Assembly: GCA_009103225.1 (NCBI GenBank)
Contig: RHPI01002048.1
Location: 520,699-561,632, forward strand
Length of the DNA: 40,934 nt
Reading direction: 5' to 3'
Source: Chlorokybus atmophyticus
Taxonomy: Eukaryota; Plantae; Mesostigma and Chlorokybus algae
Made by a program: the position numbers and the translations under genes. Position 1 is the stretch's first letter, and each line of letters starts with the position of its first letter. The notes below the pieces were generated by a model that was not told where the DNA came from, searched no databases, and was given only the letters and a program-made list of their open reading frames with translations. Positions 21,958-34,900 of the stretch are shown piece by piece.

Positions 21958-23851
21958 TCAAAGAATGTCTGCGTACTCTACCAACGTGAACAATGGTTTA
22001 CCTTGCAGTCTCTCTTTGCCCTGCCACACAATTACAACGGTTCATCAATGCAACCAGCGCTTGCACGAAAGCTGAAATCGCGACTACAACCAGTGACCCC
22101 TTGTGTCGATGCATGAATTGGTGTGTTTATGAGAGAGAGCCGCACCTTAAGTCCTGGCAATTCAATCAAACAGGCGCACTCCACCACATGCGCATCGGCT
22201 ACTTTGCCTGCGTTGCACGCATAAAGGCAGTGGTGAGGGAACGCCAAGCATCATTAGTAATCCATCAGTAACCAATTATTCACTGTAGATTATATGAGAG
22301 CCCCAGTCGAGTACAGAGGAAGCACAGAACATAGATGCAATCACAATTAGCACTTGCAATGCAGATCAAGAGTGAGTGGTTGTTACTAACCTATGAGCTC
22401 GAGTGCGGCAGCCAGCGTGCCTCCTGTGGCGATCAAGTCATCCACAATTAGGACTCTGTCCCCGGGCTTGACAGACCCGACGCACATCTCGATGCGGTCT
22501 TTGCCATACTCAAGCGTGTACTCCGCACCAATCGTCTCCCCTGCAGAAACACACAAGCATAACCCAGCACATCATGACTGTTGCTGCTGCTCTACGCCCA
22601 GACTGCAACCGATCTGCACCCATTCTCAAATGCAAACACAATGCACAGACACGCGTGTAGGTGTAGATGCGTGCACGCTTACGTCAGACTGCTTGCGCGC
22701 AAGTAGTTCAACATGTACACCTACACAGACATAAACTGTGCAACCATGTGTGCGTGTTGTTCTTTTGTTGGGNNNNNNNNNNNNNNNNNNNNNNNNNNNN
22801 NNNNNNNNNNNNNNNNNNNNNNNNNNNNNNNNNNNNNNNNNNNNNNNNNNNNNNNNNNNNNNNNNNNNNNNNNNNNNNNNNNNNNNNNNNNNNNNNNNNN
22901 NNNNNNNNNNNNNNNNNNNNNNNNNNNNNNNNNNNNNNNNNNNNNNNNNNNNNNNNNNNNNNNNNNNNNNNNNNNNNNNNNNNTCCCTCAAGTGTAGGTG
23001 TGCGCATGCCCCACATACGCGCCTGGACATGCTTGGCTGAGCATAGGTGTGCGCGTGCACATAGTCACGTACATAGGGTGCATGCCTACACATGCAAGCC
23101 AGCGCATGTACTGCGCATGCTAAAGCTGTCTCTTGATACCAACCTGGAAGCTTGCCAGGTTTACGCAAAGGCACAAATGAGCATTTCAATGCCAGCGCCA
23201 GTGGTGCCCCGAAAATAAATCCTCTGGCTTCGATCCCTGTTGCAAAGGCCATACATATTATGATTCTGTGCAACTCACGGGCAGGCTTGATTACACAACG
23301 TGGCGTGGAAACAGTCATGCATGTCAGTAATAAAGTAAACCATCAACATGCGGCTCGAGCTCACCTGCTACGACGTCTACCTTCTGATCTCTGTAACGCT
23401 CTGCGAATATGTCAATGACGTCCTGAAACAGCTCCGGCACCGCGATCAGCGACGTGACGTCTTTGAATTGAATGCCTGCCAATAACAGTGCGCATGCAGT
23501 GTCACGAACTTGACTGCAGTTGTGACCTTGCATTGGAAGCTCGTTCTAAAGCTGCATTGCGGCCAAACAGCACAAAACTGTAAATGCAAGCATGCTTAAC
23601 AGGTTGCAATGCTGTCTATCGGCCAGCGACCCAACAAACAAGCATTGCACAAAAGCGCTTTGTGTGTCGCCACTCCTTCAAGAGCTCTAGACTCAGCAGC
23701 AAAGAGAATGAGAGAAGTACAGCTGGGCAGCATTGGTTGCGCATGCATGCACGCACGCTTGCTACATCCACACACCGGCAATGGGGAAGTCCGGCACGGT
23801 GCGGATGGCGTCCTTGATGCGCGCAGAGCGCTCCGCCAACGTGAGGGCCAT
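21958..23851 (-). CDS. APT: Adenine phosphoribosyltransferase, 6 exons
   Basis: Exons 23851-23776, 23475-23365, 23236-23144, 22540-22391, 22207-22146, 22020-21958. Motifs: [52 protein letters not shown] and the PRPP-binding [14 protein letters not shown]. Confidence 0.96.
22773..22983. other. Assembly gap (N run) in APT intron 3
   Basis: 211 N; flanking exons join in phase. Confidence 0.99.
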
Positions 23852-24226
23852 GCCAAGCGACCAACCCTCGGTCGCCGCCGCCTTGCACTGCGCAGAATAT
23901 GCTCTGCTGCTCTTCTAGCGACAGTGCGCACGCCGCCGCCGACAACCACCTTCACCTGTGCCTGGTCTCGTTTAGTCTAGGGGTTTGCGGCTTGGTCTGG
24001 TCTGGTCAGCTATCTTCTGTCTTGGCCTGGCCGGCCATCATCAAGAGTGCAAACGCAGCTGAGCGGCAGCAACCAGGCCAGGATTGTCAGCAGCCTGGCA
24101 TTGCTGTGCTGCTAGCAAGCGAGGCGTCTTTGCGTCTGGCCGTGCTGCCGGATGCTGGGTAAGGCCAGGCTGCTTGGATTGCTGCTCGATGATGTAGAAT
24201 AAGTCAGTTGGCTCATAGTTGACATC

Positions 24227-26573
24227 ATGGAGGAGGAAGGTGGCGCAGCTGTTTTGCCGGCTGCCAGGAGGCGCCTTCTGGTGGACAAGCATGGCGACTA
24301 CATAAAAAGCCTGGACAAGGTGCTCGGCGTGCTTGCGTGTGCTCAAAAGAACAATGAACGATCCTTGACAGACCTTTGTTTGTGTTGGCGACGACTTAGT
24401 TCAGTAACCTGGCATGCAAGCTGTAAATGGAAGCATGTGGCACTGCGTCTTGAAGGTTGTCTCACTCCTTGATCAACTGCGAGAATATTTTGTATTTTTG
24501 ACATAGTTGGCGATGTTGACATGCTGTCCAGTACAGAAGGCTTTGGCACAATCGCTGCCCTACTAGACGCTGAGTTCTCGTGAAGCGTAATTAATCTCAT
24601 TGTCATGTTGCTATTGGTATTGGTACGTTACACGCTGCACATTATGCTTATGCTTTGTCCCCAAGTGCTGCTTGCGCAGATGAGCGTAAAAAAACAGTAA
24701 ATGTAGGGAAGACTGTATGAGTAGGTGGTTGGAATGAATGAGTGCCTCACTGAGTGCGTCAACATAGCATTGAGTGTCAAGTGACTGGGTCTATCAATCG
24801 TATATGCGAATAAGGGAGTATCGACGAATAAAAAGCATATGCAATGCTCTGGTGGGTCAATCTTCAAAACTAAGCACTTACAGGACCGCGAGAGTTACGA
24901 GTACGCTGCGACGGAACACCTGCGCATGAGTGGCGTGTACTGGGGCCTCACTGCCATGGCCGTGCTCGGCCGCCTGGATGAGATGGACGCAGACAGCCTG
25001 TTGCCCTGGCTCACGCGCTGCCAGCATCCGTCTGGTAAGCATGTTCGCCTTGAAACCAGCTTGTATGCTCTTACATGCACACACCTAGCATGCCGTAAGC
25101 AGGTAGTTATGCGTGCGCGTGCACAGTTGTGTCTGTCCAGCACTGTGCTTCTAGAGATTGGTGACTTTGTGTCTGCGCAGGCGGGTTCAGTGCGAGTGAG
25201 GGCCATGACCCGCACATACTGTACACATTGAGCGCGGTGCAGATCCTTGCGCTGTACGACAAGCTGGACACAGCAGACGCTATGAAGATTGCAAAATGTA
25301 ATACAAGCAGATACATGTGCTCTCTTAGTTCTTTGTGTGCATGAGTATATAAATGGATGTTGGTTGTATTGCAGATGTTGCCAGCTTGCAGCGACCAGAT
25401 GGCTCATTCGCTGGTGACGAATGGGGTGAGATAGATACAAGGCAAGAAGGAGTCTGTGCACAAGTGTGTGTAATCGGCGTTTTGTAATTGCCTTCACATC
25501 AATGTGTGCATCTGTGATTTGTTTTGGTGAGCCACGCATATGGACATTTGCGCTCTTGTGTGCCCTCTTGCCTCAAACATCAACACATCTGCATGCAGGT
25601 TTTCCTACTGCGCCGTTCTTTGCCTGTCCATACTCAACAAGCTGGACGCGATAGACATGCTAGCGGCAATGGACTATGTGGTTGCTTGTATGAACTTTGA
25701 CGGCGGATTTGGCTGCACGCCCGGCAACGAGTCCCATGCAGGCCAGAGTGAGTTGGTGTTGATGATGTTTGGTGCACTAGCTGCTAAGCTACCACTCATC
25801 ACACCTTATTGTGCATCAGTATTCTGTTGCGTGGGTGCGTTGGCACTCGGGGATGCCCTTCACCGGCTGGACGCTGACTTGCTCGGCTGGTGGCTCTGCG
25901 AGCGGCAGCTTCCTTCCGGCGGCCTCAATGGCAGGCCCGAGAAACTTGCTGATGTATGTTTCATGTTGGTGCACGCATACACCCATGTTACAGACACCTC
26001 TACGCGCACACTTGTGGGCAAGCGCACCTGTCACAGACGTGCATGCACAAAGTGGCTCGCCAACTCAACCTCTCATGCCAAAAACAAGCCCTCATGTGTC
26101 CATCACACTGTCTGATGTGCTACAACAGGTGTGCTACTCTTGGTGGGTGCTGTCCAGCCTGGCTATCATTGACAGGCTCCACTGGATCGACCACGAAATG
26201 CTCAGCGCCTTCATACTCAACTGTCAGGTATGCCGATTACTGCAGCCGACAATTTCACAACCGTCACACTTGAGAGCTACGCACACTGATATCAGTGACG
26301 TCCACCATAACATCAACAGGACGAAGACAATGGAGGCATTGCTGACAGGCCGGAAGACATGGCAGACGTGTTCCATACCTTCTTCGGCATCGCAGGCATG
26401 CAAATAGTAGGCCACACTGCATTTGCAACATCATCCAGTGTAACTTATACCAGGCCTCAATGACAGGACTGTCGCTCATGGGCTATCCGGGCTTGGAAGC
26501 CATCGACCCAGTTTACGCGCTGCCCCGTAAGGTTGTGGAGCGACTTGTTGCCAGGCCTTTAATATGCTTGTGA
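24227..26573 (+). CDS. RABGGTB: Geranylgeranyl transferase type II beta subunit (Rab GGTase beta), 9 exons
   Basis: Exons 24227-24319, 24884-25034, 25181-25297, 25375-25441, 25599-25747, 25820-25953, 26129-26227, 26320-26395, 26467-26573. Motifs: [105 protein letters not shown]. Introns 4 and 8 need GC donors. Confidence 0.96.
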
Positions 26574-27493
26574 CTTCAGTGTTATCTGTACCATAGTTTG
26601 CAATTTGTTCGTCATATCAGGCAATTTCACAGCAATAATGTTTGGGATTTTCGCGCTTCGTCGTTAACCTTGCATTCATTCTGCACGTGACTCCTGAGTG
26701 CTGCTGTGCTGTGTGAAGCCATAGCATGTGTTTTCGTGCATGCATGGGCAGAATATGCACGTCTTGTTTCACCAGCCGAACCTACGTGTGTGGTGTGGCA
26801 CTCAATATCTATGTGCAGACTATTGGTTCCGTAGTGTCCGTTGGTATAGAAGTTCCGAGAGGACGCCAAACTGTGGTGATGTATTGCAGTCCAACTCGCA
26901 TGATGGCCGGAATGTATGTGAAAGTGATTGGAGTGGCCAACTGCGCCAGATGCGCAAGGGTCTACACACGGGCAAAGCGCATGAGTACAGTGCGTCGTAC
27001 AGACAATGTGCAACACGTATGTGTGCACATATAACATGCAGGCGCATTTGCCTTCCGCATGTACTGTACACTGTACTCCAATCCTAGTCTGATTTGACTT
27101 GCGAGGCGGCGGTCTCAAAAGCGTGTAACGCTCACCCCGGCAGAGCAACAGCGCAAGCACAGCGCAAGCGTATTTCAACTATCAAAGCATGCAGACTGCT
27201 CCCAAGCAAGTTGCCCACAGCAACGACAGTAGTGCACACTTTGGGAAAGACCAACGCACCAGCTCAAGCGAGCAGTATGACAATGAACTGCTGATTAACA
27301 AGCATTGCTTATAGAACCCAACCCGCCTTTGACTTTGTTGTGGTTGTTTGTTTACTGCTATCTGCTCTGCTGCGTCCACGTCTTGCTCTGTGGCCCCTCT
27401 ACAGTACCATAAGCATTGCACACTGTGCGTGTCAGACATGCTCCAAGTGTGACATGCATGCACTCTGCTGTGACCACACCACTTGTCAGCGGC

Positions 27494-30361
27494 ATGAGCG
27501 GGGCGCAGGCGGAGCCGGCGGCGGAGGCGGAGCCGGGGCTGGCGGCGGAGCTGGCGGCCTTGTCGCCGCCGGCCAAGGATGGGACAGCGGTGAAGGGGGT
27601 GGTGGAGGCGGTGCATAAGCGCAACGGCGCCGCCGGCTACAGGAAGTCACCAGCGGCACACCAGCATGGCGTGCATATCACCACGGTGAGAGACACACTG
27701 GGGAAACGAACCGTACGCAGCCAATCAGCTAGATAAACTAGTTCCTGTGTGCTTTTTCTCTTGTATGCAGCAAACAAGCACATATGTGTAGTGATGAAGC
27801 CATGCCTTTAGTACTCCACTTTGCGATACAGCGATGTTGGACGCAGCAGGAAATTCTGCCTGTAATCGACCTCTTCAAGTCTCAAGCTAGCAACTGCGCA
27901 CCAAGTGATGTGAGTGGCAGGCGATTGCACATAAGCATCAATTTTGCCAGCTGCTTGTACAATGCACGTGTTCTACTTTAAGGGGCATGTCGCACTCTGC
28001 GTGTAGCGTGTAGAACTTGTTCCAGTGGATGGCTCAACCGCAATTTCCAGCTGGAAGTTGCCATAAAGTCTCATAAGGACTGACCATTGTCCCCATGCGT
28101 GCCCATGCGTGTGTGCTTAAGCTTCCTCCTGTCGGTGGCCCTATGGAACATGTGGAACCACCCACAGGGATTGCCCTGTCGTGTGTTGTGTAGTCGTTTG
28201 TGCGTCTTCAACATGAGAACGACACAACATGTGGTTGGCAGATCGAGGATGATGAGGATGGAGAGCAGCATCATCCGTTGCAAAGCAAGCATTTCAAAGA
28301 CACACGTGCGGCGAGCATTGACCTATGCATAGCATACAAAGAGGGCAAACCCGTCTGCAGCACCTCGTTGGACAGGTGCGTGTGTTCGTGCATCCGCAAT
28401 TCTGTGCGTATGTGTTGGGTAGGAGGGNNNNNNNNNNNNNNNNNNNNNNNNNNNNNNNNNNNNNNNNNNNNNNNNNNNNNNNNNNNNNNNNNNNNNNNNN
28501 NNNNNNNNNNNNNNNNNNNNNNNNNNNNNNNNNNNNNNNNNNNNNNNNNNNNNNNNNNNNNNNNNNNNNNNNNNNNNNNNNNNNNNNNNNNNNNNNNNNN
28601 NNNNNNNNNNNNNNNNNNNNNNNNNNNNNNNNNNNNNNNNNNNNNNNNNNNNNNNNNNNNNNNNNNNNNNNNNNNNNNNNNNNNNNNNNNNNNNNNNNNN
28701 NNNNNNNNNNNNNNNNNNNNNNNNNNNNNNNNNNNNNNNNNNNNNNNNNNNNNNNNNNNNNNNNGGTCCACATGTGTGCATGTGTGCATGCGTATCTTGC
28801 ACTTGTTCAGCCTGCAGCTTGATGTCTTTTGTTATCAGCTGCATCAAGCATGCTGAGGGCGATGACAAGTTTATTTGGATATCCATGCACGATCCTGATC
28901 TCGAGCTGCTGCAAAAAATGGCAGGCATGACTCACTTGAATGTGTATGATTTCCAGCTGCCTATCTGTTATTATTTCCGCCAGCCAGTTAATTTTGAGAG
29001 GCAGTTTTGCATTTTGCCTGTACCAACAACTAGGACTTGTTGCCCTTCTGCAGGGGTGTTTGGCCTTCATGAGCTTCTTATAGAGGATGCACTGGAGCGC
29101 GATCCGCGCCCAAAACTCGAACGCTACGATGACAGGTCGCCTTGGTTGTGATGCAAAAAGTCCTATTCCAAAGGTGCATGGGCCTGAAACAGCACTCCAT
29201 GGCTGGTGTTGTTAAACATATGGCACGCGCAACAACTGAACTGTTACTGTTGACAAACACGTTCGCAGTCTGTTCATCACGGTGCGCACAGCTGCTATGG
29301 TGAAGAACAGAGTGATGTTCGGCGACACCGATATCATTATATTTCGCGGCGCCATCATCACGATAACTCCAGAGCCTTTGACTCACGTTCAGGTACGTCA
29401 TGTTGGTGCATCTCATACGTGTAAAAACATAGCTCACATCATCACAATGATGGCGTGTGATGCGGACTGTCTTGATCAGGTCCGCATAGAGAAGGCTCCT
29501 CAGCTTTTGAGACAAGGCACTGGAGCTGTTTTATATGCCATATTGTTTGACACTATAGAAGAGGTAATCATAAAGCAGAGTGTGTGGCAAGCTGTGTTGT
29601 GTAGTCATGCTCGGTCAGTTTAATGACAACCAATTGCTTCTTAATCAGTACATGACGTTGATGAGACGGTTGCGATGGGAGCTGCGGGACCTTGAATTGG
29701 AAGTGTTCAGACCGCACGGCGCTGATCTTGTTGACATTCAGCGCCTGTACAGCCTGCGAGAGGACAACATCAACGTTAGGTTTGTGTCGCAAACTTTTAC
29801 ATGTTCACATGCGCTTGCCTGTGTAAATGAGAGCATGTGTGTGGGTACATGTGTGTGGGTAGGTGCGTGGGCGTGACTTTTGAAACATACATGTGGCTTG
29901 TGCGTTTGCAAGCTGCTCGGTATCTGTGCTACATAGCGCATGGAGTACCAATTGTTACACACATGTACAGGCGCAATGTGGTGCCTTTGGTGGACATCTG
30001 CAATCGGCTAATGACTCACGAGTCCAACTTCATCACGAAGGCGCTGCGGCCGTACTTCCGCAACCTCTTTTACAATGCATCGCAGCTGCGGGACGAGCTG
30101 GACGTGCTCGTCGAGGCCACGAGCTTCGCCTTTGATGCGGCAGCTCTCACATTGAATGTTGCCGAGGCGAACGTGCAGAAGAAGCTTGCCGCGTATGGCG
30201 CAATCGTGTTGCTGCCGACGCTCTTCGCCGGAATATACGGCATGAACTTCAAACACATGCCTGAGCTGAGTTACCAATGGGGTTACCTCATATGGTGGAT
30301 CGTCACGCTGACGGCTATTGCCCTCCTGCTAGGGCTGTTTCGGTTCATCCGGTGGATCTGA
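27494..30361 (+). CDS. corA: CorA-family Mg2+/Co2+ channel (GMN motif), bacterial-type C-terminus, at least 9 exons
   Basis: Exons 27494-27685, 27832-27909, 28194-28375, 28839-28924, 29054-29135, 29269-29392, 29480-29563, 29649-29779, 29971-30361; phase-consistent. Motifs: WIS..DPD.ELL..MA.VFGLHEL.IEDAL....RPKLERY and KKLAAYGAIVLLPTLFAGIYGMNFKHMPELSYQWGY plus a second TM helix. The N-terminal exons have no homology support. Confidence 0.9.
28428..28764. other. Assembly gap (N run) in CorA intron 3
   Basis: 337 N; flanking exons join in phase 2, so only a symmetric exon could be hidden. Confidence 0.99.
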
Positions 30362-31871
30362 TGCGTGTACGGGTTGTACAGTTGCTGCTGTTGTTATGCG
30401 CATGCGCGTGCTTTTAGTTTGTGGAGTCGGGGTGTGCTATTGACTTATGTATGTTGAACAATATCGTAGCCAGGGGTTGTGTACGTGCGTTTGGGGGATT
30501 AGTTCAAGGGTAATTTGTTAACTTCTGGAGGTGTTGCATGTCGTTAACCCATACTTACTAGCGTGTCGTGTGCACTTTTGATTGTGTTTGCATGTTGTGC
30601 ATGTTGCAACCGAATGACCCGCATACCATGCCGAGCCCCTCAAGTGCTGGCTCGGTCCAAGGGGGATGCTACAGGCGTAATGCACCGTCTGCACCGCTCG
30701 TGATACAGGCACATCGTCCAACAAACAGGTACACGCAAAACAGGCACCACCATGTAAATTGGACACAATGTGGCCGTTGACAGCATAATACAACTCCAAG
30801 CTTTGCTGAGCGTATATTTGTTAATTAACAAATTGTGCAAAATATCAATGCAAAGTATTCATGTGGATGCACCTGTAAGCAAGATAATTTCAAAAGCAAA
30901 ACAACAGTTTAAGTTAGCATTATGCGTGACATGCAATACATATGCAATTGTGAGCGTTCCTAGCGCAGCTTTTATGTGCTCTATGTAAGGCACACATGTG
31001 TGTACCGTTATCACGCAAAGAAGTTACGCCCCCATATGTAGTATTGTGTACATGGGACCTTCACAGAGTTTTAAATGTGTATTAGGTAAATTACACCCCG
31101 TTATCGATCTAATCATTATAAGCTCTTAATATATGTAACACACAAATGATGACATGCATGTATCGAAACTTGATTAAAAACAACGATAATGTTTTACATA
31201 CAATCGATCCAACATATCTTAATTGATTTTGTCTCGTTGATGTGGAGGGGGGCCCCAATGTGCAAGCATTGGTTCTATTGTGCAGCAGCTGCTTATGACA
31301 GCAATGTACATACATATGGTATAAGATTAAAACTGAAGCACGTGTATCGGCAAGCCAGTTAGGGTAGGCAGCAGAGGCAGCTAGCAAACACAAACATGAA
31401 GCGAACAAACATAACCATGGTCGCGCAAAGTTATGCTCAAATACTCACCAATGTGTACAATTTGTAATTGTGACATAAGAATATTTAGGTCAGTTTGGCA
31501 TGTCGATAACTTTGTCTCATACTTTCTCTGTACAAACATATCCATTGAGTATCTTGCATGATGACTTGTTGCCGCAGCTCGGACAGCAATGTTACATCCA
31601 ACAACAACACATCTCTCTGCGCATCACTATATGCAGTCGCTATTGTCGAGATTCGCCAGACGCAATGCCTCCTGCTAGCAGCACTACAGCCTCGGATTGG
31701 CTGGCACATAACACAGCTTGCAGCAGTGCAAAATGAGGGACGTGTGCTTGCAGCATGTGGGCGCAGCTCTGTGCCCACTCACACAGTGTCTGACACACCA
31801 GGCCTACACTGACTGCCTATGGTGAACATGCTCAGTTGTGGAACCAGCCCGTGAAGGCAGCGCCCTAGCTC

Positions 31872-31877
31872 GGCCCA
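31872..31877 (+). promoter_or_regulatory. Site II-like element (GGCCCA) just upstream of the SEC23D-like ATG
   Basis: cGGCCCAta about 45 nt upstream of ATG 31918. A single short motif, so weak evidence. Confidence 0.25.
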
Positions 31878-31917
31878 TATAGACGAGGCTCGTAGTTGTA
31901 AACCTGCGGCGGCGGCA

Positions 31918-34900
31918 ATGTCCATCCGCTTCACCACCGACAGCTTCCCCAAGCATGGTAAGGAGATCAGATAACCACAAACGCACAACGCCATTTCTAA
32001 TGAAACCCTAAGACACTGTTCACGCACTGCATTGCATGCAATCAACCAGCCATCCATCAATCTGTCACATAGTCAACCCAATTCATCTATCAGGCTCTCT
32101 GAAAGACGAGGCCGGCCTTCCATGGGGCTGCGTAGTGCAACCGTTTGCAAGCATACCGCAGACGTCATCATCCCCGTCGCCATCAACAACCCCGCCAACA
32201 ACGACATCACCAGCGACGTCTTCACTTGACACGGAAGCTGAAGACGTGGCACGATGCGAGAACTGCTATGGCTACATCAGCGGGCTTTGCTACTTGGAGA
32301 AGTGAGCTTATAGTATAATCGAGTTCAGGTGCTTTGCGATGTTGCATTGTGCGTGAGCATTTATGATGATGATGTTCACTGTCGTATTGTGGATGTGCAG
32401 TATGCAATTCAGCTGTGACATAAACGTACATTATAATTGTGGCTGTACATGTTCATGCACAACACAAGTTACAGTATGTGTACAGTCTGCTACAGTGTAT
32501 GCACAATGTACACCGTGGCAGCATCAACACATGCTGTTAAGGTGGTGTAGATGGTGTTGCATGTAGGCTATTGTGGATTTGGTCGTGATTAATACCGTTG
32601 GGATGCATGCAGGCACATGTGGAGATGTGCTTTGTGCGATCACTACAGCGCGTATCCACCCGGCGGGCGTTACAAGCCCGCCGAGCGATTCAACCTGCCC
32701 GAACTATCGCAGCCGGTTGTGGACTTGCAGGTCGCGTCGGAAGGTACTGCTTTGTCGTCTTGAAGAACCATCTCATTATGGGTGTCACAGTATTGCACAC
32801 TGATCAAATACATATCAGTACAGTTTTGGAAGGACACAGCTGCAGCATTTGATTGTCAGCTGCTTGTTGCATTTTGTTGATCCACTCAACTTGCACACAG
32901 AGATAACAAGGCTGTTTTTCAGCGGTTCACTAGGGTATTCACCCATATGTACTATTATCTTTGACTTGGGTTGAGGTTCACAACAACTCGTTGAGTGGAG
33001 GACTTGCCAGGGTTGCATTCAAACGAAAACATGGTGTACACGTTTGGAGTAAACTTCAGAAAGCCAATAAGTTGCATACAAATGTATACATGGTGTACTT
33101 GTTTGTAGTACATTTTCAGAGAGCTGCTACAAATTGTTGTGCACTGGTTTAAAATGCCTGACGATGCCAGCTTGGTTCTTATGGACACTTATTGACAAGC
33201 GTCTAATCAGCCTTGCCTTTGGTGCTGAGACAGACAGTGAGAATGCTGGTGATGCAATCGCCACAAGGCTGGTGTACGTTGCCGTCGTGGACTTGAGCTG
33301 TAAGCTAGCGTTGCTTTGTTATTGTTGTTGTTGATGATGATGGTGGTTAGTTGGTTACATCAGCGGCTTTACGCACACGCAATGTACAGGTGGTGAAGAC
33401 TTCTTGGAGCTCGTGAAGAGCGCATTGGTGGCTGCACTGGAAGGTATTGTCAACTACCACTTGCTGCCGTGAATGCTAGTGCTGAAGGGAGGCATATAGG
33501 AATGTTGTGTGCATGCGCTTGCACGTGATTACAGTGGTTGTTGACTGTACTTTTGGCTCCTCCTTTGGTTGTCCAGAAGGTTGCGTGCATGCACGCTCGT
33601 GCACTATTGTGATGACACCTATACGCGCGTACTTCTTGTTGTCGGTACCACCACTCATACAGTACATGTTCTGGAATGTTTGGTACACTTGTTGTGCTTA
33701 GAAATATGTATGTGTATGCGCGCGAGCGTGTACGTGCGTACACTGTTGTGGTTATGTAAGCACCTATACGCTCATACCTCTTGTTGTGGGTACTCCATTT
33801 ATACACACACAGTACATATTGTTGGATGCTGGATCCACATGCTGTCCTGCGAGTGACACTGTCTGTGTTTGTCTGTGTGCTCAGTGTTGTTGGGGTATGT
33901 TGGGTTTTCGCAGCACTCGCGCCGGGCGCGCTGTTTGGTCTTGTGACGGTGGCGAGGCGCGTGGGCCTGTACAACATGCATCACGCGGGCGCCGTGAAGT
34001 ATGTTGCCGTTGGCGGGAGCGGTTCGAGACGCTCTGGCAAACTCAGCGCCGACCTGGCGTATGCCATACCAATAGACGACTTGCTCACTTCAGTAAGCAC
34101 ACGTGCATACATGGCCGCTTATGTGAGTGCATTTGCATACATGGGCACGCACCTGCGCATGTGTGTGTACGCACATGTGTGCAAGCGCTTATGTGTATTT
34201 CTATGCTCATGGACACGCAGGAGCGTGCATGCGCCTGAATATTGTGTGCATGCACTCTGTGTGTGCGTGTGCGTGTGTGCTTGTATGCATGCGTGTGCAG
34301 GAGATTTGCCTGCACGCGTGTGTGCAATCGTGCACAGCTTGCTCATGTGCTTGATGTCCTGTTGCAGGTTGACCAGTACAAAGAGGCAATTACGGCCGCG
34401 TTGGATTCTCTGAGGCCCGCGACCGCAGACGAGGGCTACGATGAGAGGATAGCGGCTGAAGCCCAGGGCAACGGTTCTGCTGCCTCCGATGAAGAAGAGG
34501 ACGGCAGCAGAGCCTTTGGCCCTGCACTTGACGGCCTCCTGAAGTACTTCACCGATTACCCCAATGGTCCATTTGTTGGCGCACGACTCCTAACATTTTT
34601 GTCAGGTACGCAAGTTTACTTGGAATGTGTTGGGTACAAACCAGTCTTTGCATCTGCAAACGCAAGATGCAGTGTAGTAATGATATCATGGTTGGAGCAA
34701 CTGAAGTTTAGTACACTAAATAATTCAAATACAGTTATTTTCGGTGGTTATGCATGCAACGTTATGCAAATGTTGTGTGTGAGAAGAGTCTTGCTTTTGA
34801 CACAGGTTGTTGTTGGGTTCTCCTCAGGTCCGCCCAATCACGGGGTTGGCTCGCTGCATAGGCACCGGGACGAGGATGCTGTTGCGTACGCCAGGCGGCT

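Noticed and set aside
24320-24883. snoRNA in the long RabGGTB intron 1 (vertebrate RABGGTB hosts snoRNAs)
   Set aside because: No canonical C box or H/ACA architecture seen.
26627-27300. Several 80-180-aa ORFs between RabGGTB and CorA
   Set aside because: No consistent exon chain or recognisable product; composition resembles UTR/intergenic DNA.
33786-34354. Long Cys/His/Val-rich ORFs in the six-frame track (also at 4476-4748, 12781-13241 and across the N gaps)
   Set aside because: Artefacts of stop-poor (GT/CA)n and GCAT-rich intron or UTR sequence, or of N runs.
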